A DNA stretch of 16,502 nt from Thermoproteus sp. (GTDB lineage Archaea > Thermoproteota > Thermoprotei > Thermoproteales > Thermoproteaceae). This document shows, in pieces, positions 7,681 through 15,897 of this stretch (its first letter is position 1; every line of letters starts with the position of its first letter). Made by a program: the position numbers and the translations under genes. The stretch is taken from positions 1 to 16,502 of the forward strand of contig JBMFIG010000032.1 of assembly GCA_049976425.1 (NCBI GenBank). Direction: 5' to 3'. Under the pieces are notes generated by a model, which had not been told where the DNA came from, made no database searches, and saw only the letters and a list, made by a program, of their open reading frames with translations.

Positions 7681-7839
7681 ATGTTCTGCCCGATCTACAT
7701 TAACGCGGCGGGGTTCGTCGCCGGCATGCTGGGGCGTTGCTTCGCCGACAGCGCAGGTCTGGAGATATCGCCACAGCTCTTCGGCACCTTCGATATCGAC
7801 GTCTACAAGTACTTCGTAAGCGTCTACCTGACCAAATAG
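7681..7839 (+). CDS. Possible small hypothetical protein (52 aa)
   Basis: Open frame MFCPIYIN...VYLTK fills the gap between the sRNA and the ABC ATPase stop; no recognisable motif. Confidence 0.25.
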   Translation: MFCPIYINAAGFVAGMLGRCFADSAGLEISPQLFGTFDIDVYKYFVSVYLTK

Positions 7840-7844
7840 CTCTC

Positions 7845-8513
7845 TCACTCTACTATCACCCCGTCTCTCAGCCGTACTACCCTGTCACAGTACTTCAAGA
7901 GCTCCAGGTTGTGGGTGACCATGACTATGGTTATCCCGAGCTCCTTCTTGAGAGAGAGGAAGGTCTCCATGACCTTCGCCGCCGTGACGCTGTCGAGGTT
8001 GCCCGTGGGCTCGTCGGCGAGGAGGATGCGGGGCCTCGCGACTATGGCCCTGGCTATGGCCACCCTCTGTTGCTCGCCTCCCGATAGCTGGGTCGGCCTC
8101 TTCTTGGGATCCACGCCGTCTAGCCCCGCGAGCTTCAGCGCCTCCAGCGCCATCTCGCGCCTCCGGGCTTTCGGGACGCCGCGGAGTATTAGGGGGAGCT
8201 CCACGTTCTCCAGCACCGTCATCCTGGGTATTAGGTAGAACATCTGGAATACGAACCCGACGTTCTTGTTTCTGAAGTCGGCGAGCTGATCGTCGTCGAG
8301 GTCGTTGAGCCTCACTCCGGCAACCCAGACCTCGCCCCTCGTCGGCCTGTCTATGCCGCCTATTATATGCAACAAGGTGGTCTTGCCGCTGCCGGAGGGC
8401 CCCACGACGCACTGGAATATCCCCCGAGGGATCGAATAGGTGATGCCCCTAAGGGCTTGGTAGTTCCCGTAGCTCTTGTGTACGTCCACCAGCCTTATCT
8501 CCTCCTCCGCCAT
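7845..8513 (-). CDS. ABC transporter ATP-binding protein, LolD/MacB-like
   Basis: GPSGSGKTT, GFVFQ, LSGGEQQRVAIARA, LLADEPTGNLD, VTHN. Confidence 0.96.
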   Translation of the reverse strand: MAEEEIRLVDVHKSYGNYQALRGITYSIPRGIFQCVVGPSGSGKTTLLHIIGGIDRPTRGEVWVAGVRLNDLDDDQLADFRNKNVGFVFQMFYLIPRMTVLENVELPLILRGVPKARRREMALEALKLAGLDGVDPKKRPTQLSGGEQQRVAIARAIVARPRILLADEPTGNLDSVTAAKVMETFLSLKKELGITIVMVTHNLELLKYCDRVVRLRDGVIVE

Positions 8514-10609
8514 ATCCCGACCGCCACCAGCGCAACCGCAACCACGACCACCGCCACGACCGCAACGACGGTCGCGCCCGACATAGCTCCGCCCGCCCCC
8601 GGCGTGGCTCTCGTGAAGTTGCCGAACCTTCTAGTGAAGTTGCCGCCTACGGCCACAGGCAACGTGACCGTCTGGTTGTAGACGTCGCCGTACTGGTCTT
8701 GGTACGTCACTATGAGGGCCACGACGTATCTGCCGGGCCTTGTGGCGTTCAGCGAGAATGTGGCGGTCTGCGACTGTTGTTGCGCGAGGTTGCCTATGTA
8801 GTTGAGCGTGGGGGTTATCGGCGTCAGCCCCGGCGGCGCCTCCAGCATAACCTGTAGGTTGTTGACGGCCACGAAACCGTTGTTTATCACAGTGACGGAG
8901 ACGAAGAAGGGAGCGCCGAGCGTGGGCGTCTGCGGGGTGACCGACGTCGACGATATGAGTATCGAGGGCGGCTGGAAGGACTGGACGTAGAAGACTCCTT
9001 GGGCTTGGCCGGAGCCGAGAGGCGTCGTGTAGTACACGGTGTACTGGAACGGCAGAGAGCCCGTCTGGCCTGCCGGCACCAGGAAGCTTATGGGCACCTC
9101 AACCACGCCGAGCGGCGGGAGCAACGAGAAGTTGTACACGACGGTGCCCATCAAGACGGGCGAGCCCGAGGCAGGCGCTATGACCAAGACGCCCTTCTCC
9201 ACTGGCACGTTGCCTTGGTTGACCAGCTTGACCACGACGGTCCTGTTGCCGCCCGCCGTGACGGAGGTCGGGGAGGGGGCGGCGAGGAATATGTTTGAGG
9301 AGGTGGCGGGCAGATTGACTGTGTACTGTTGCGTCCCGCGCTCTGTCTGGATCGTCGCCGATATGGAGACCTGCGACGCGGTGGGGTAGACCACGAGCGA
9401 GTAGGTCGCCGAGCCGGTGCCCGAGATATATATGGGCATGGGCACGCCTGCGGATGCGCCCGATATGGTTATAGCCGCGTTGAACCTCCCCGGCGCCTCT
9501 ATGGTGAACGTCAAGTTGTTGGCCGAGTTGGCTATGAGCACCTGCGGCGACACGGTGAAGCCGGCCAACGCAGTCGGCGGCTGGACCGCCCAGACCGACG
9601 CCGATATCTGCGCCGACTGTTGATAGCCCTCCACAGAGTAGGACACAGACGCCTGGAACGCCACCGAGGACTGAAGCGGCGTTATCTCGACGGAGGCCTC
9701 GCCTCTGCCGTTGACTATCGGCACGACCACCGGGGAGGCGGGCGCCGAGGCGCCGGATATGAAGACCGCCGCCGTCCCGTTAGCGCCGAAGGGCACAGAC
9801 ACCGATATCGTCACGTTGTTGAGCTGGTCTAGGTACAACGTGCTCGGCGATATGGATATCGTCGGCGTCGGGGGCTGCACGACCGGCAGGTAAAGCGTGT
9901 AGGTGTACGAGACGGGGTTGCCCAAGGCGTCCTGCGACCTTATGGAGACCACGACAGCCGCCGACTGCGAATAAGGCACGACCTTAAGCGGTATGGCCAC
10001 GTCGCCTCGTATGGATACAGGCGATGTGGGCGAGAGCACGGCGGCGGACTGCCCCGACACGGACACCTGCGCGGGGAAGGAGTAGGGATCCCGCACGACC
10101 AGCGCGAGCTGGCTCGGCAGGCCGAGGTAGGCGGATCCCTGCAGAGACGCTGAGAAGGTCGGGTACGGAGGCACGAAGACCGTCAAGAAGTAGGCGCCCG
10201 AGGCGTCTAGTATCTGGCTGAAGCCCGCGCCGTACTGGGCATCGGCGACCACCTCCAGAGGGCACGTGACGTTGAGCCGCTCTGCGTAGAGCTGGAGAGT
10301 GACGGAGAATACAGAGTTCGCCGGTATGGATTGGAGGAAGGCCGGCGGCCCCGGCGAGATGTAGGGACACTGCGGCGCCAGCGTGAACGTCACGGCGTGG
10401 TACGTGCAGGAGGAGTAGAAGGTGAGCGTGAGCGAGGCCGAGCTACCGTTATATTGAGGAAGAGAGGCCCACTGGGCATTCAACAGAGTCAGCTGGAGCG
10501 AGGAGCAACTGCCGCCGGACGAGCCAGCCGAGGTTATCTGTATAGTCGGGCCTGCAACGGCCAATGAGGCCATTAGTAGGACTACCGCCATTAAGGCCTT
10601 GGCGTCCAT
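8495..10609 (-). CDS. Secreted, C-terminally anchored multi-beta-sandwich surface protein (COG1361/S-layer-domain-like)
   Basis: Signal peptide, S/T/P/V-rich beta repeats, CARDB-like V.N.G segments and YQDQYG, many N-x-S/T sequons, C-terminal TM followed by WRRRR. Confidence 0.85.
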   Translation of the reverse strand: MDAKALMAVVLLMASLAVAGPTIQITSAGSSGGSCSSLQLTLLNAQWASLPQYNGSSASLTLTFYSSCTYHAVTFTLAPQCPYISPGPPAFLQSIPANSVFSVTLQLYAERLNVTCPLEVVADAQYGAGFSQILDASGAYFLTVFVPPYPTFSASLQGSAYLGLPSQLALVVRDPYSFPAQVSVSGQSAAVLSPTSPVSIRGDVAIPLKVVPYSQSAAVVVSIRSQDALGNPVSYTYTLYLPVVQPPTPTISISPSTLYLDQLNNVTISVSVPFGANGTAAVFISGASAPASPVVVPIVNGRGEASVEITPLQSSVAFQASVSYSVEGYQQSAQISASVWAVQPPTALAGFTVSPQVLIANSANNLTFTIEAPGRFNAAITISGASAGVPMPIYISGTGSATYSLVVYPTASQVSISATIQTERGTQQYTVNLPATSSNIFLAAPSPTSVTAGGNRTVVVKLVNQGNVPVEKGVLVIAPASGSPVLMGTVVYNFSLLPPLGVVEVPISFLVPAGQTGSLPFQYTVYYTTPLGSGQAQGVFYVQSFQPPSILISSTSVTPQTPTLGAPFFVSVTVINNGFVAVNNLQVMLEAPPGLTPITPTLNYIGNLAQQQSQTATFSLNATRPGRYVVALIVTYQDQYGDVYNQTVTLPVAVGGNFTRRFGNFTRATPGAGGAMSGATVVAVVAVVVVAVALVAVGIWRRRR

Positions 10610-10640
10610 AGGCGGAGTTGCTTGGCGTTAATAAATACGT

Positions 10641-10659
10641 GACTCACCTCAAGTGAGTC
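10641..10659. promoter_or_regulatory. Palindromic operator, copy 1
   Basis: GACTCAC-CTCAA-GTGAGTC, directly upstream of minus-strand TATA (10628-10637), 32 nt from ATG 10609. Confidence 0.75.
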
Positions 10660-10669
10660 GACGGGGCGG

Positions 10670-11893
10670 CTACTCGTACCTCAACGCCTCTACTATGTCG
10701 AGCCTGCCGGCCCTGACGGCGGGGATCAAGGCGCCGATTAGATTTACGGCGAGCACCAAAAGCGCGGCCAGAGCCGCTATCCGGGGATCGGGAGAGAGCG
10801 AGACGGAGCCAAAGGCACCGGGTCCCCTAAAGGGGCCGAAGCCCCTCCCGCGTACAGACGGAATCTGCACGTTTTGGCCCGCCAGCGCGAAGAAGTTTAT
10901 TTTCACGAGGCCCAGCGGCGCCATCAAGGCGGCCCCCGCCGCTATCCCTACGGCCGCAATTATTAGGGCTTCGTAGAGCATCATGGCTGTTATCTGTCTT
11001 CTTTTGAAGCCCACGGCTCTAAGTATGCCGAATTCCTTAGTCCTCTGGAGCACCGAGATAGTCATGGTGTCGTAAAGCCATAGAGCAGTAATGACGGTAG
11101 AGACGCCGGAAACCAAGCCGAGAAAAAGCTCGAGGCCGGTGAAGAACGCCGTTATGGTCTGGGAAATGGACTGGGGCGAGAAGACCTCGGCGTTTGGGAA
11201 TATGGACTTGAGCAAGCTCTGGATCTGGGCTAGGTCGTCCTGGCTCCTCAAGGTGACCACTATCGTGCGGTACGTGTCTATGCCGGTTATGGATCTGAAC
11301 TCGTTTATGTCGACGACTACGGCGGTCATCGTGTTGAGGGCCGGGCTGGGGGCGCCCGCCGCTATTATGCCGCCCGTGACGAGGGTGTACGTCTTGCCCC
11401 TATAGCTTAGAACTATGGGTGTGCCTACGTAGAGCCTCTGTTGCCCGGTGACCTCGTCAAAGGCCACGTAGTAGCCCGCAAGAGCTATGGGGCCCGCCAC
11501 GGCGTCCGTCCCGGCGTAGAGCGCCGTGTTCGGTATGAGCGCAGATACGTTCTGGGCGGGAACGCCGTATAAGGTTGCCGCCATGCTTCCTCCGCCGGGC
11601 ACCTGGACGGTGGCAGGCGCCGAGGCCACGGGCACCACCGCCACGGCGTAGGGCGATATATACGACGTTATCGTCGCCACGTCGGCGTCGGTGAAGCTCT
11701 GGCCAACAATGTACACATTGTTTACGCCGAAGCTACTCGCGAAGAACTCCTGCGTGGAGGCCTTAAACGAGTTGCCGACGGACACAGCTAAGGAGAGCGC
11801 CGCGAACGCTATCATGACGCCTACAATAGTCCCTATGGTCCTCCCCTTGCGTTCCCAAAGGGCTTTCCAAGCCAACGAGAGCTCGGCCAACAC
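10670..11893 (-). CDS. ABC transporter permease, MacB/FtsX family
   Basis: N-terminal TM, large extracellular domain, TMTISVLQRTKEFGILRAVG, PAVRAGRLDIVEALRYE. Confidence 0.95.
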   Translation of the reverse strand: MLAELSLAWKALWERKGRTIGTIVGVMIAFAALSLAVSVGNSFKASTQEFFASSFGVNNVYIVGQSFTDADVATITSYISPYAVAVVPVASAPATVQVPGGGSMAATLYGVPAQNVSALIPNTALYAGTDAVAGPIALAGYYVAFDEVTGQQRLYVGTPIVLSYRGKTYTLVTGGIIAAGAPSPALNTMTAVVVDINEFRSITGIDTYRTIVVTLRSQDDLAQIQSLLKSIFPNAEVFSPQSISQTITAFFTGLELFLGLVSGVSTVITALWLYDTMTISVLQRTKEFGILRAVGFKRRQITAMMLYEALIIAAVGIAAGAALMAPLGLVKINFFALAGQNVQIPSVRGRGFGPFRGPGAFGSVSLSPDPRIAALAALLVLAVNLIGALIPAVRAGRLDIVEALRYE

Positions 11894-11923
11894 GGCTTAC
11901 GGGAAGCCGCTCTTAATATGCCG

Positions 11924-11942
11924 AACTCACCTCAGGTGAGTT
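11924..11942. promoter_or_regulatory. Palindromic operator, copy 2
   Basis: AACTCAC-CTCAG-GTGAGTT, directly upstream of minus-strand TATA-like ATATTAA (11913-11919), 31 nt from GTG 11893. Confidence 0.75.
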
Positions 11943-12020
11943 GCCGGCGCAGTCTGAGGCGGCACGACTCGCCCCACTTCAGACGAGAGGTTTTTATTGA
12001 GACGCCCCGACAACATCGGG

Positions 12021-13157
12021 ATGTACTCGATCTGCGCCAAGTGCCAGGGGCGGAAGATGTTGTGCGGTCTGCCTAGATGTCCCATAGTGGAGAGGATCAA
12101 CGCGGTCAAGTCGTCGCTCTTCAGAATCAGAGGGCGCGAGATCTTCGGCGCGACCCCGCCCAGCGCCGTCGTGGGCGAGGCGGGGTGGCCGCGGGTGAGG
12201 GTATACATAGGCGAGCCTCCCGAGGTGACGGGCGACGCGGCGAGGGCCTACGACGACCCCAGACTGCTCTGGGGGAAGGACCTCGAGGAGATAATAAGGC
12301 TCAGGAGCTACATGGCGTTCGGCTTCCGGCAGACGTCCAGGCCTTGGGAGCTGGGCGAGCTGCCGCTGTTGGCCGTCTCCGAGAGGCCCGTCGACGTGGA
12401 GATGAGGCTCGCCAAGGACCCCGTCCAGACGATAAAGTTCGACCTGAGGGAGAAGCCCATGGGGCCCAGGGCGCCTCTCGACGGCGTGAGGATCGACGGC
12501 AACCCCGCGGTCCCCAGAGCGCTCGAGAGGGCCATGGCCGACGACCTTCAAGCCGGCGAGGCGGCGGTGGAGCTCTACCGCCGCGGCGTCGACCTCTACA
12601 CAATACAGAGGGCCTTCGCGCTGGGCCTGCTGGGCGCTAGGCATCGGAGGAGGCTGGTGCCGACCCGCTGGAGCATCACTGCGGTGGACGTGGCCGTGGG
12701 GGACTCCATCGCGGATAGGGTGAGGCAGATGCCCGAGGTCGCGCAGACGCTCTACGGCTACGCCGAGTATCTCGACAACCGCTACCTCGTCGTGGTGGCG
12801 CCGGGCCCTCTGCGGTTCTTCTACCTGGAGAGGTGGATATACGGCGGGAGGGCCGCGGAGATAGAGGTGGTGGAGGACCCGAGAGGCAGGAGGAGCACCA
12901 TGGACGGAGGCTACGAGGCGGCGAGGCTGGCCGTCTTGGAGAAGCTGGCCTCCATGGGCAGGAAGGGCACGGTCTCCATCGTGAGGAGGATCGGCGAGAG
13001 GTACTACGTCTCCGTCGGGAATTGGCAGATAAGGGAGACCCTCCGCCGGCTCCAGCTAAGGCCTCTGGACGAGGACTACCGCAAGTACGTCCAGCTCGTC
13101 GAGAGGGATCCCCTATCCCTTATAAGGACGCCGAAAAGGCTGGACGAGTTCCTTTAG
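12021..13157 (+). CDS. nreA: Nre family DNA repair protein (PCNA-interacting)
   Basis: C..C.G..LCG...CP Zn motif, G.TPPS..VGE.GWP, RRRLVPTRWSITAVD, GGYEAARL, VGNWQIRE, C-terminal PIP-like KRLDEFL. Start ATG 12021 fits TTTTTATT at 11991-11998. Confidence 0.92.
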   Translation: MYSICAKCQGRKMLCGLPRCPIVERINAVKSSLFRIRGREIFGATPPSAVVGEAGWPRVRVYIGEPPEVTGDAARAYDDPRLLWGKDLEEIIRLRSYMAFGFRQTSRPWELGELPLLAVSERPVDVEMRLAKDPVQTIKFDLREKPMGPRAPLDGVRIDGNPAVPRALERAMADDLQAGEAAVELYRRGVDLYTIQRAFALGLLGARHRRRLVPTRWSITAVDVAVGDSIADRVRQMPEVAQTLYGYAEYLDNRYLVVVAPGPLRFFYLERWIYGGRAAEIEVVEDPRGRRSTMDGGYEAARLAVLEKLASMGRKGTVSIVRRIGERYYVSVGNWQIRETLRRLQLRPLDEDYRKYVQLVERDPLSLIRTPKRLDEFL

Positions 13158-14792
13158 CTATTCCTTGGCCCCGAAGGATATCCTGGTCAGCCAATACACC
13201 GACCTCAGAACGCCCAACGCGTTGTCCAGATGGATGGAGGACAGCTCTAGGGACGACCTCCCTCTGGTCTCCTTCAGCCGCTGGAACATCCAGTCTATCG
13301 AGCTGAAGACCCTATCTATCATGTAGCTGACTATCTTGCTCACCAGCTTGTTGCGGGAGTTCTGGAGAATGACGGGGGCGAGCCTCCTGGTGATCTTCAG
13401 GTTGTAGCGCCAGCTGACGTAGAGGACGTCCCAGAAGCCCTCCGGGAGGTAGTCCAGGGTCGGATGCCTCAGATGCCTCAGGGCCGAGGTGTACATGGGT
13501 ATGACGGGGAGGGGGAACACCCAAGCCACGAAGTCGTGGTCCACTATCTTCTCGACGATCTCGAGGGTCTGCCTTATGTCCTCCTCGGTCTCGTCCGGGT
13601 ATCCTATCGTCATGGTGTAGGCGGGGTAAATGTAGTTCTCGTTGAGTATGGCCGTCGCCTCTAGCACCACGTCGTGCCACTTCTCGGGCGGGTAGGGGTA
13701 TGCCTTGTTCCTCATGTATTTGTTCAGAATCCTAATGCTACCGGTCTCCAGCCCTATCACGGGCGTGACGCCCTTGTCGGGCCCCAGCCCTCCGAGCTCG
13801 GCGACTGCCTTGACGGTCTTAGGCGACTCGACTACGGGAGCCGCCGAGACGTGGCTGAAGAAGATGTGGCGGACCTTCCTCCCGTCGACCTCCACGGACC
13901 TTATGGCCTCGTAGAGCTTCACTATGGCGTCGTGGTTCACCTTGAGCCTGTTGGGGCCGTAGGGCGACGTGCCGTACAGCAAGAGGTCGTCTGTGATGAG
14001 GTCCGCCTGCGTCCAGCCGGCCCTCAAGTTGACCTCGACCTCCCTCACCACGGTGGATATGGGGATGGAGCGGAACGTCACCGGAGTCACCGAGCAGAAC
14101 TGACAGCCGCGGGGGCAGCCCCTCGTTATTTGGACCTCGCCGAGGCGCGCCGGGTTGACTATGGCCGGTATGTCCTCCGCCGCGGGGTACTCGTCCACGC
14201 CGGGCCTTATCACAGGCGGGACCTCCTCCCCGGCGAGTATCTTGGGGAGCCACTTGGGCAACGTCACCTCGACGTCGTCGATGAATATGACATCGGCCCA
14301 CCTAGGCCTCCCCGCCCTCATTAACTGCTCCACGCCGGGGCCCCCAACAACTACCTTGAAGCCGTGCTTGGCCTTAAGCCTCTCCACCCTCTCGCCGAGC
14401 TCCTTGAAGAAGCGGGCCGTCCACGTCTCGCCGCCTCCGAGTATCGTCGTCAAGAACGTGCTGACCGGCGAGAGGCCGTAGGGGTCGTGCCCCGCGCCGA
14501 CGCCGAGGAGCTTGGTCTTGGGCCCCACGGCTCTCTCCAGCCTCTCGGGAGGCACCACGGCCACGTCCCTATAGCCGGCGTTGACCAGTATCGCCTCCAC
14601 CTTCCTGAGGGCGTAGGGCGCGTACACCGCCCTGCCCTCTCTGTCGGCCTTGACAGGCGGCGTGAAGAACTTGTCCATGAAAAAACGGGGGACGAGCCTG
14701 GCCGGCATGCAGGCGACGTAGCCAAGGGAGGAGTTGCCGCCGTAGTCGGTGAAGGAGGACCTATCGGCCGTGAGGACGAACTCCCACTGCAT
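13158..14792 (-). CDS. Radical SAM protein with N-terminal B12-binding-like domain
   Basis: ITRGCPRGCQFC (CxxxCxxC), APYALRKVEA, KVVVGGPG, IGLETGS, IGYPDETEED. Confidence 0.9.
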   Translation of the reverse strand: MQWEFVLTADRSSFTDYGGNSSLGYVACMPARLVPRFFMDKFFTPPVKADREGRAVYAPYALRKVEAILVNAGYRDVAVVPPERLERAVGPKTKLLGVGAGHDPYGLSPVSTFLTTILGGGETWTARFFKELGERVERLKAKHGFKVVVGGPGVEQLMRAGRPRWADVIFIDDVEVTLPKWLPKILAGEEVPPVIRPGVDEYPAAEDIPAIVNPARLGEVQITRGCPRGCQFCSVTPVTFRSIPISTVVREVEVNLRAGWTQADLITDDLLLYGTSPYGPNRLKVNHDAIVKLYEAIRSVEVDGRKVRHIFFSHVSAAPVVESPKTVKAVAELGGLGPDKGVTPVIGLETGSIRILNKYMRNKAYPYPPEKWHDVVLEATAILNENYIYPAYTMTIGYPDETEEDIRQTLEIVEKIVDHDFVAWVFPLPVIPMYTSALRHLRHPTLDYLPEGFWDVLYVSWRYNLKITRRLAPVILQNSRNKLVSKIVSYMIDRVFSSIDWMFQRLKETRGRSSLELSSIHLDNALGVLRSVYWLTRISFGAKE

Positions 14793-14901
14793 TATAATTA
14801 TTTAGGATTTCCGTTATTAAGCGTTATAGCCGCGGCGGAATATCAAAAATTTATAAAGGAGAAAAACTATATTTTCGTATATCGATTATATATCGGAATT
14901 A

Positions 14902-14909
14902 TATTTAAG
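14902..14909 (+). promoter_or_regulatory. TATA box of C/D sRNA
   Basis: TATTTAAG 20-27 nt before the C box at 14929. Confidence 0.6.
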
Positions 14910-14925
14910 GAGCGAGGTACAGAGA

Positions 14926-14983
14926 TCTGTGATGACAGGGTCGATGGATGGATAGGTGACGTCAGGAAGAGACGAGCTGAACG
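14926..14983 (+). ncRNA. Box C/D 2'-O-methylation guide sRNA (23S rRNA domain V)
   Basis: C box GTGATGA 14929-14935, 12-nt guide CAGGGTCGATGG, D'-like ATGG, C'-like GTGACGT, guide GGAAGAGACGAG, D box CTGA 14977-14980; guides complementary to recalled 23S stretches CAUCGACCC and UCGUCUCUUCC. Confidence 0.85.
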
Positions 14984-15831
14984 CCCAGCCCCGCCTCTCT
15001 GGCCCTCCTGTAGACGTGGTAGATGGCGGCTACGTCGAAGGGGGCGTAGCCCACCGACTTGTAGAGGGAGATCTCGCCCTTCCGGCACGCGGCCCTGCCC
15101 GAGACGAGATCCTCCAGGAGGACCAGCTCCAGCCCGGCCACGTCGTCCGTCTCCTCGGGCGCCTCGGGGCTGTCCACCACGGCGCATCGGGCCCTGGCCC
15201 TCACCGCGTCGTCCAGCTCCCGCACCGGCCTAGGCGCGCCGACCGAGACCACGAGGGAGCCCTGCCGCAACGACGCCCCCCTCACCACGGGCTCGCGGCT
15301 GTCCGTCGCGGCGACCACCACGTCGGCCCTCAACACCTCGTCGATGCCCGCGGCCTCCACGCCCAGCCTAGAAGCCAGCTCGGCCGCGCGGGATCTGCTG
15401 TAGACGACTATCCGGGACGGCTTGAACACCTCCCTGAACACCCTTATGTGGTACTCAGCCTGTACGCCCGCCCCCACGACGCCCACGACGTCTACAGAGG
15501 CGCCCAACAGCCTGGCCGCGAGGGCGCTCGCCGCGGCCGTCCTCCACCCCGTCAGCCTGGTGGCGTCGGCCAACGCCAGCGGCTCGCCGCTGTGGGGATC
15601 GATCAAGACGGCCAAGGCCCTCACGGGAGGCCTCCCGCCTGGGTAGATGCCGACCAGCTTGGCGCCTATGCCCATCCCCTCCACGTACGCCGCCATGGGC
15701 GCGAACCAGACGCCGCCGAACTCCAACGCCCTGCGGGGCAACACGTGCTTGCGCGCCCTCAACGCCGCCGCGATGTCCTCGACGAGAGCCGCCGCGTCGA
15801 CCGCCCTATCCACGTCGGGAACGAAGATCAC
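14962..15831 (-). CDS. Ornithine cyclodeaminase/mu-crystallin/alanine dehydrogenase family protein
   Basis: GAKLVGIYP, LTGWRTAAASALA, VGAGVQA Rossmann motif, YKSVG. Confidence 0.92.
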   Translation of the reverse strand: MIFVPDVDRAVDAAALVEDIAAALRARKHVLPRRALEFGGVWFAPMAAYVEGMGIGAKLVGIYPGGRPPVRALAVLIDPHSGEPLALADATRLTGWRTAAASALAARLLGASVDVVGVVGAGVQAEYHIRVFREVFKPSRIVVYSRSRAAELASRLGVEAAGIDEVLRADVVVAATDSREPVVRGASLRQGSLVVSVGAPRPVRELDDAVRARARCAVVDSPEAPEETDDVAGLELVLLEDLVSGRAACRKGEISLYKSVGYAPFDVAAIYHVYRRAREAGLGVQLVSS

Positions 15832-15847
15832 GAGGTAGACGCGGCAC

Positions 15848-15878
15848 GGTTTTTAAAAACCTCCGGCAAGTTTTTAAG
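15848..15878. promoter_or_regulatory. Back-to-back TATA boxes of divergent genes
   Basis: GGTTTTTAAAAACC (15848-15861) ~25 nt from GTG 15831 (-) and TTTTTAAG (15871-15878) ~25 nt from GTG 15898 (+). Confidence 0.65.
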
Positions 15879-15897
15879 CAGACCTGTCGGTATTGTG

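Noticed and set aside
7543-7848. ORFs 7543-7848 (-) and the full-length 7615-7839 (+)
   Set aside because: Both overlap the well-formed C/D sRNA and show no protein motifs.
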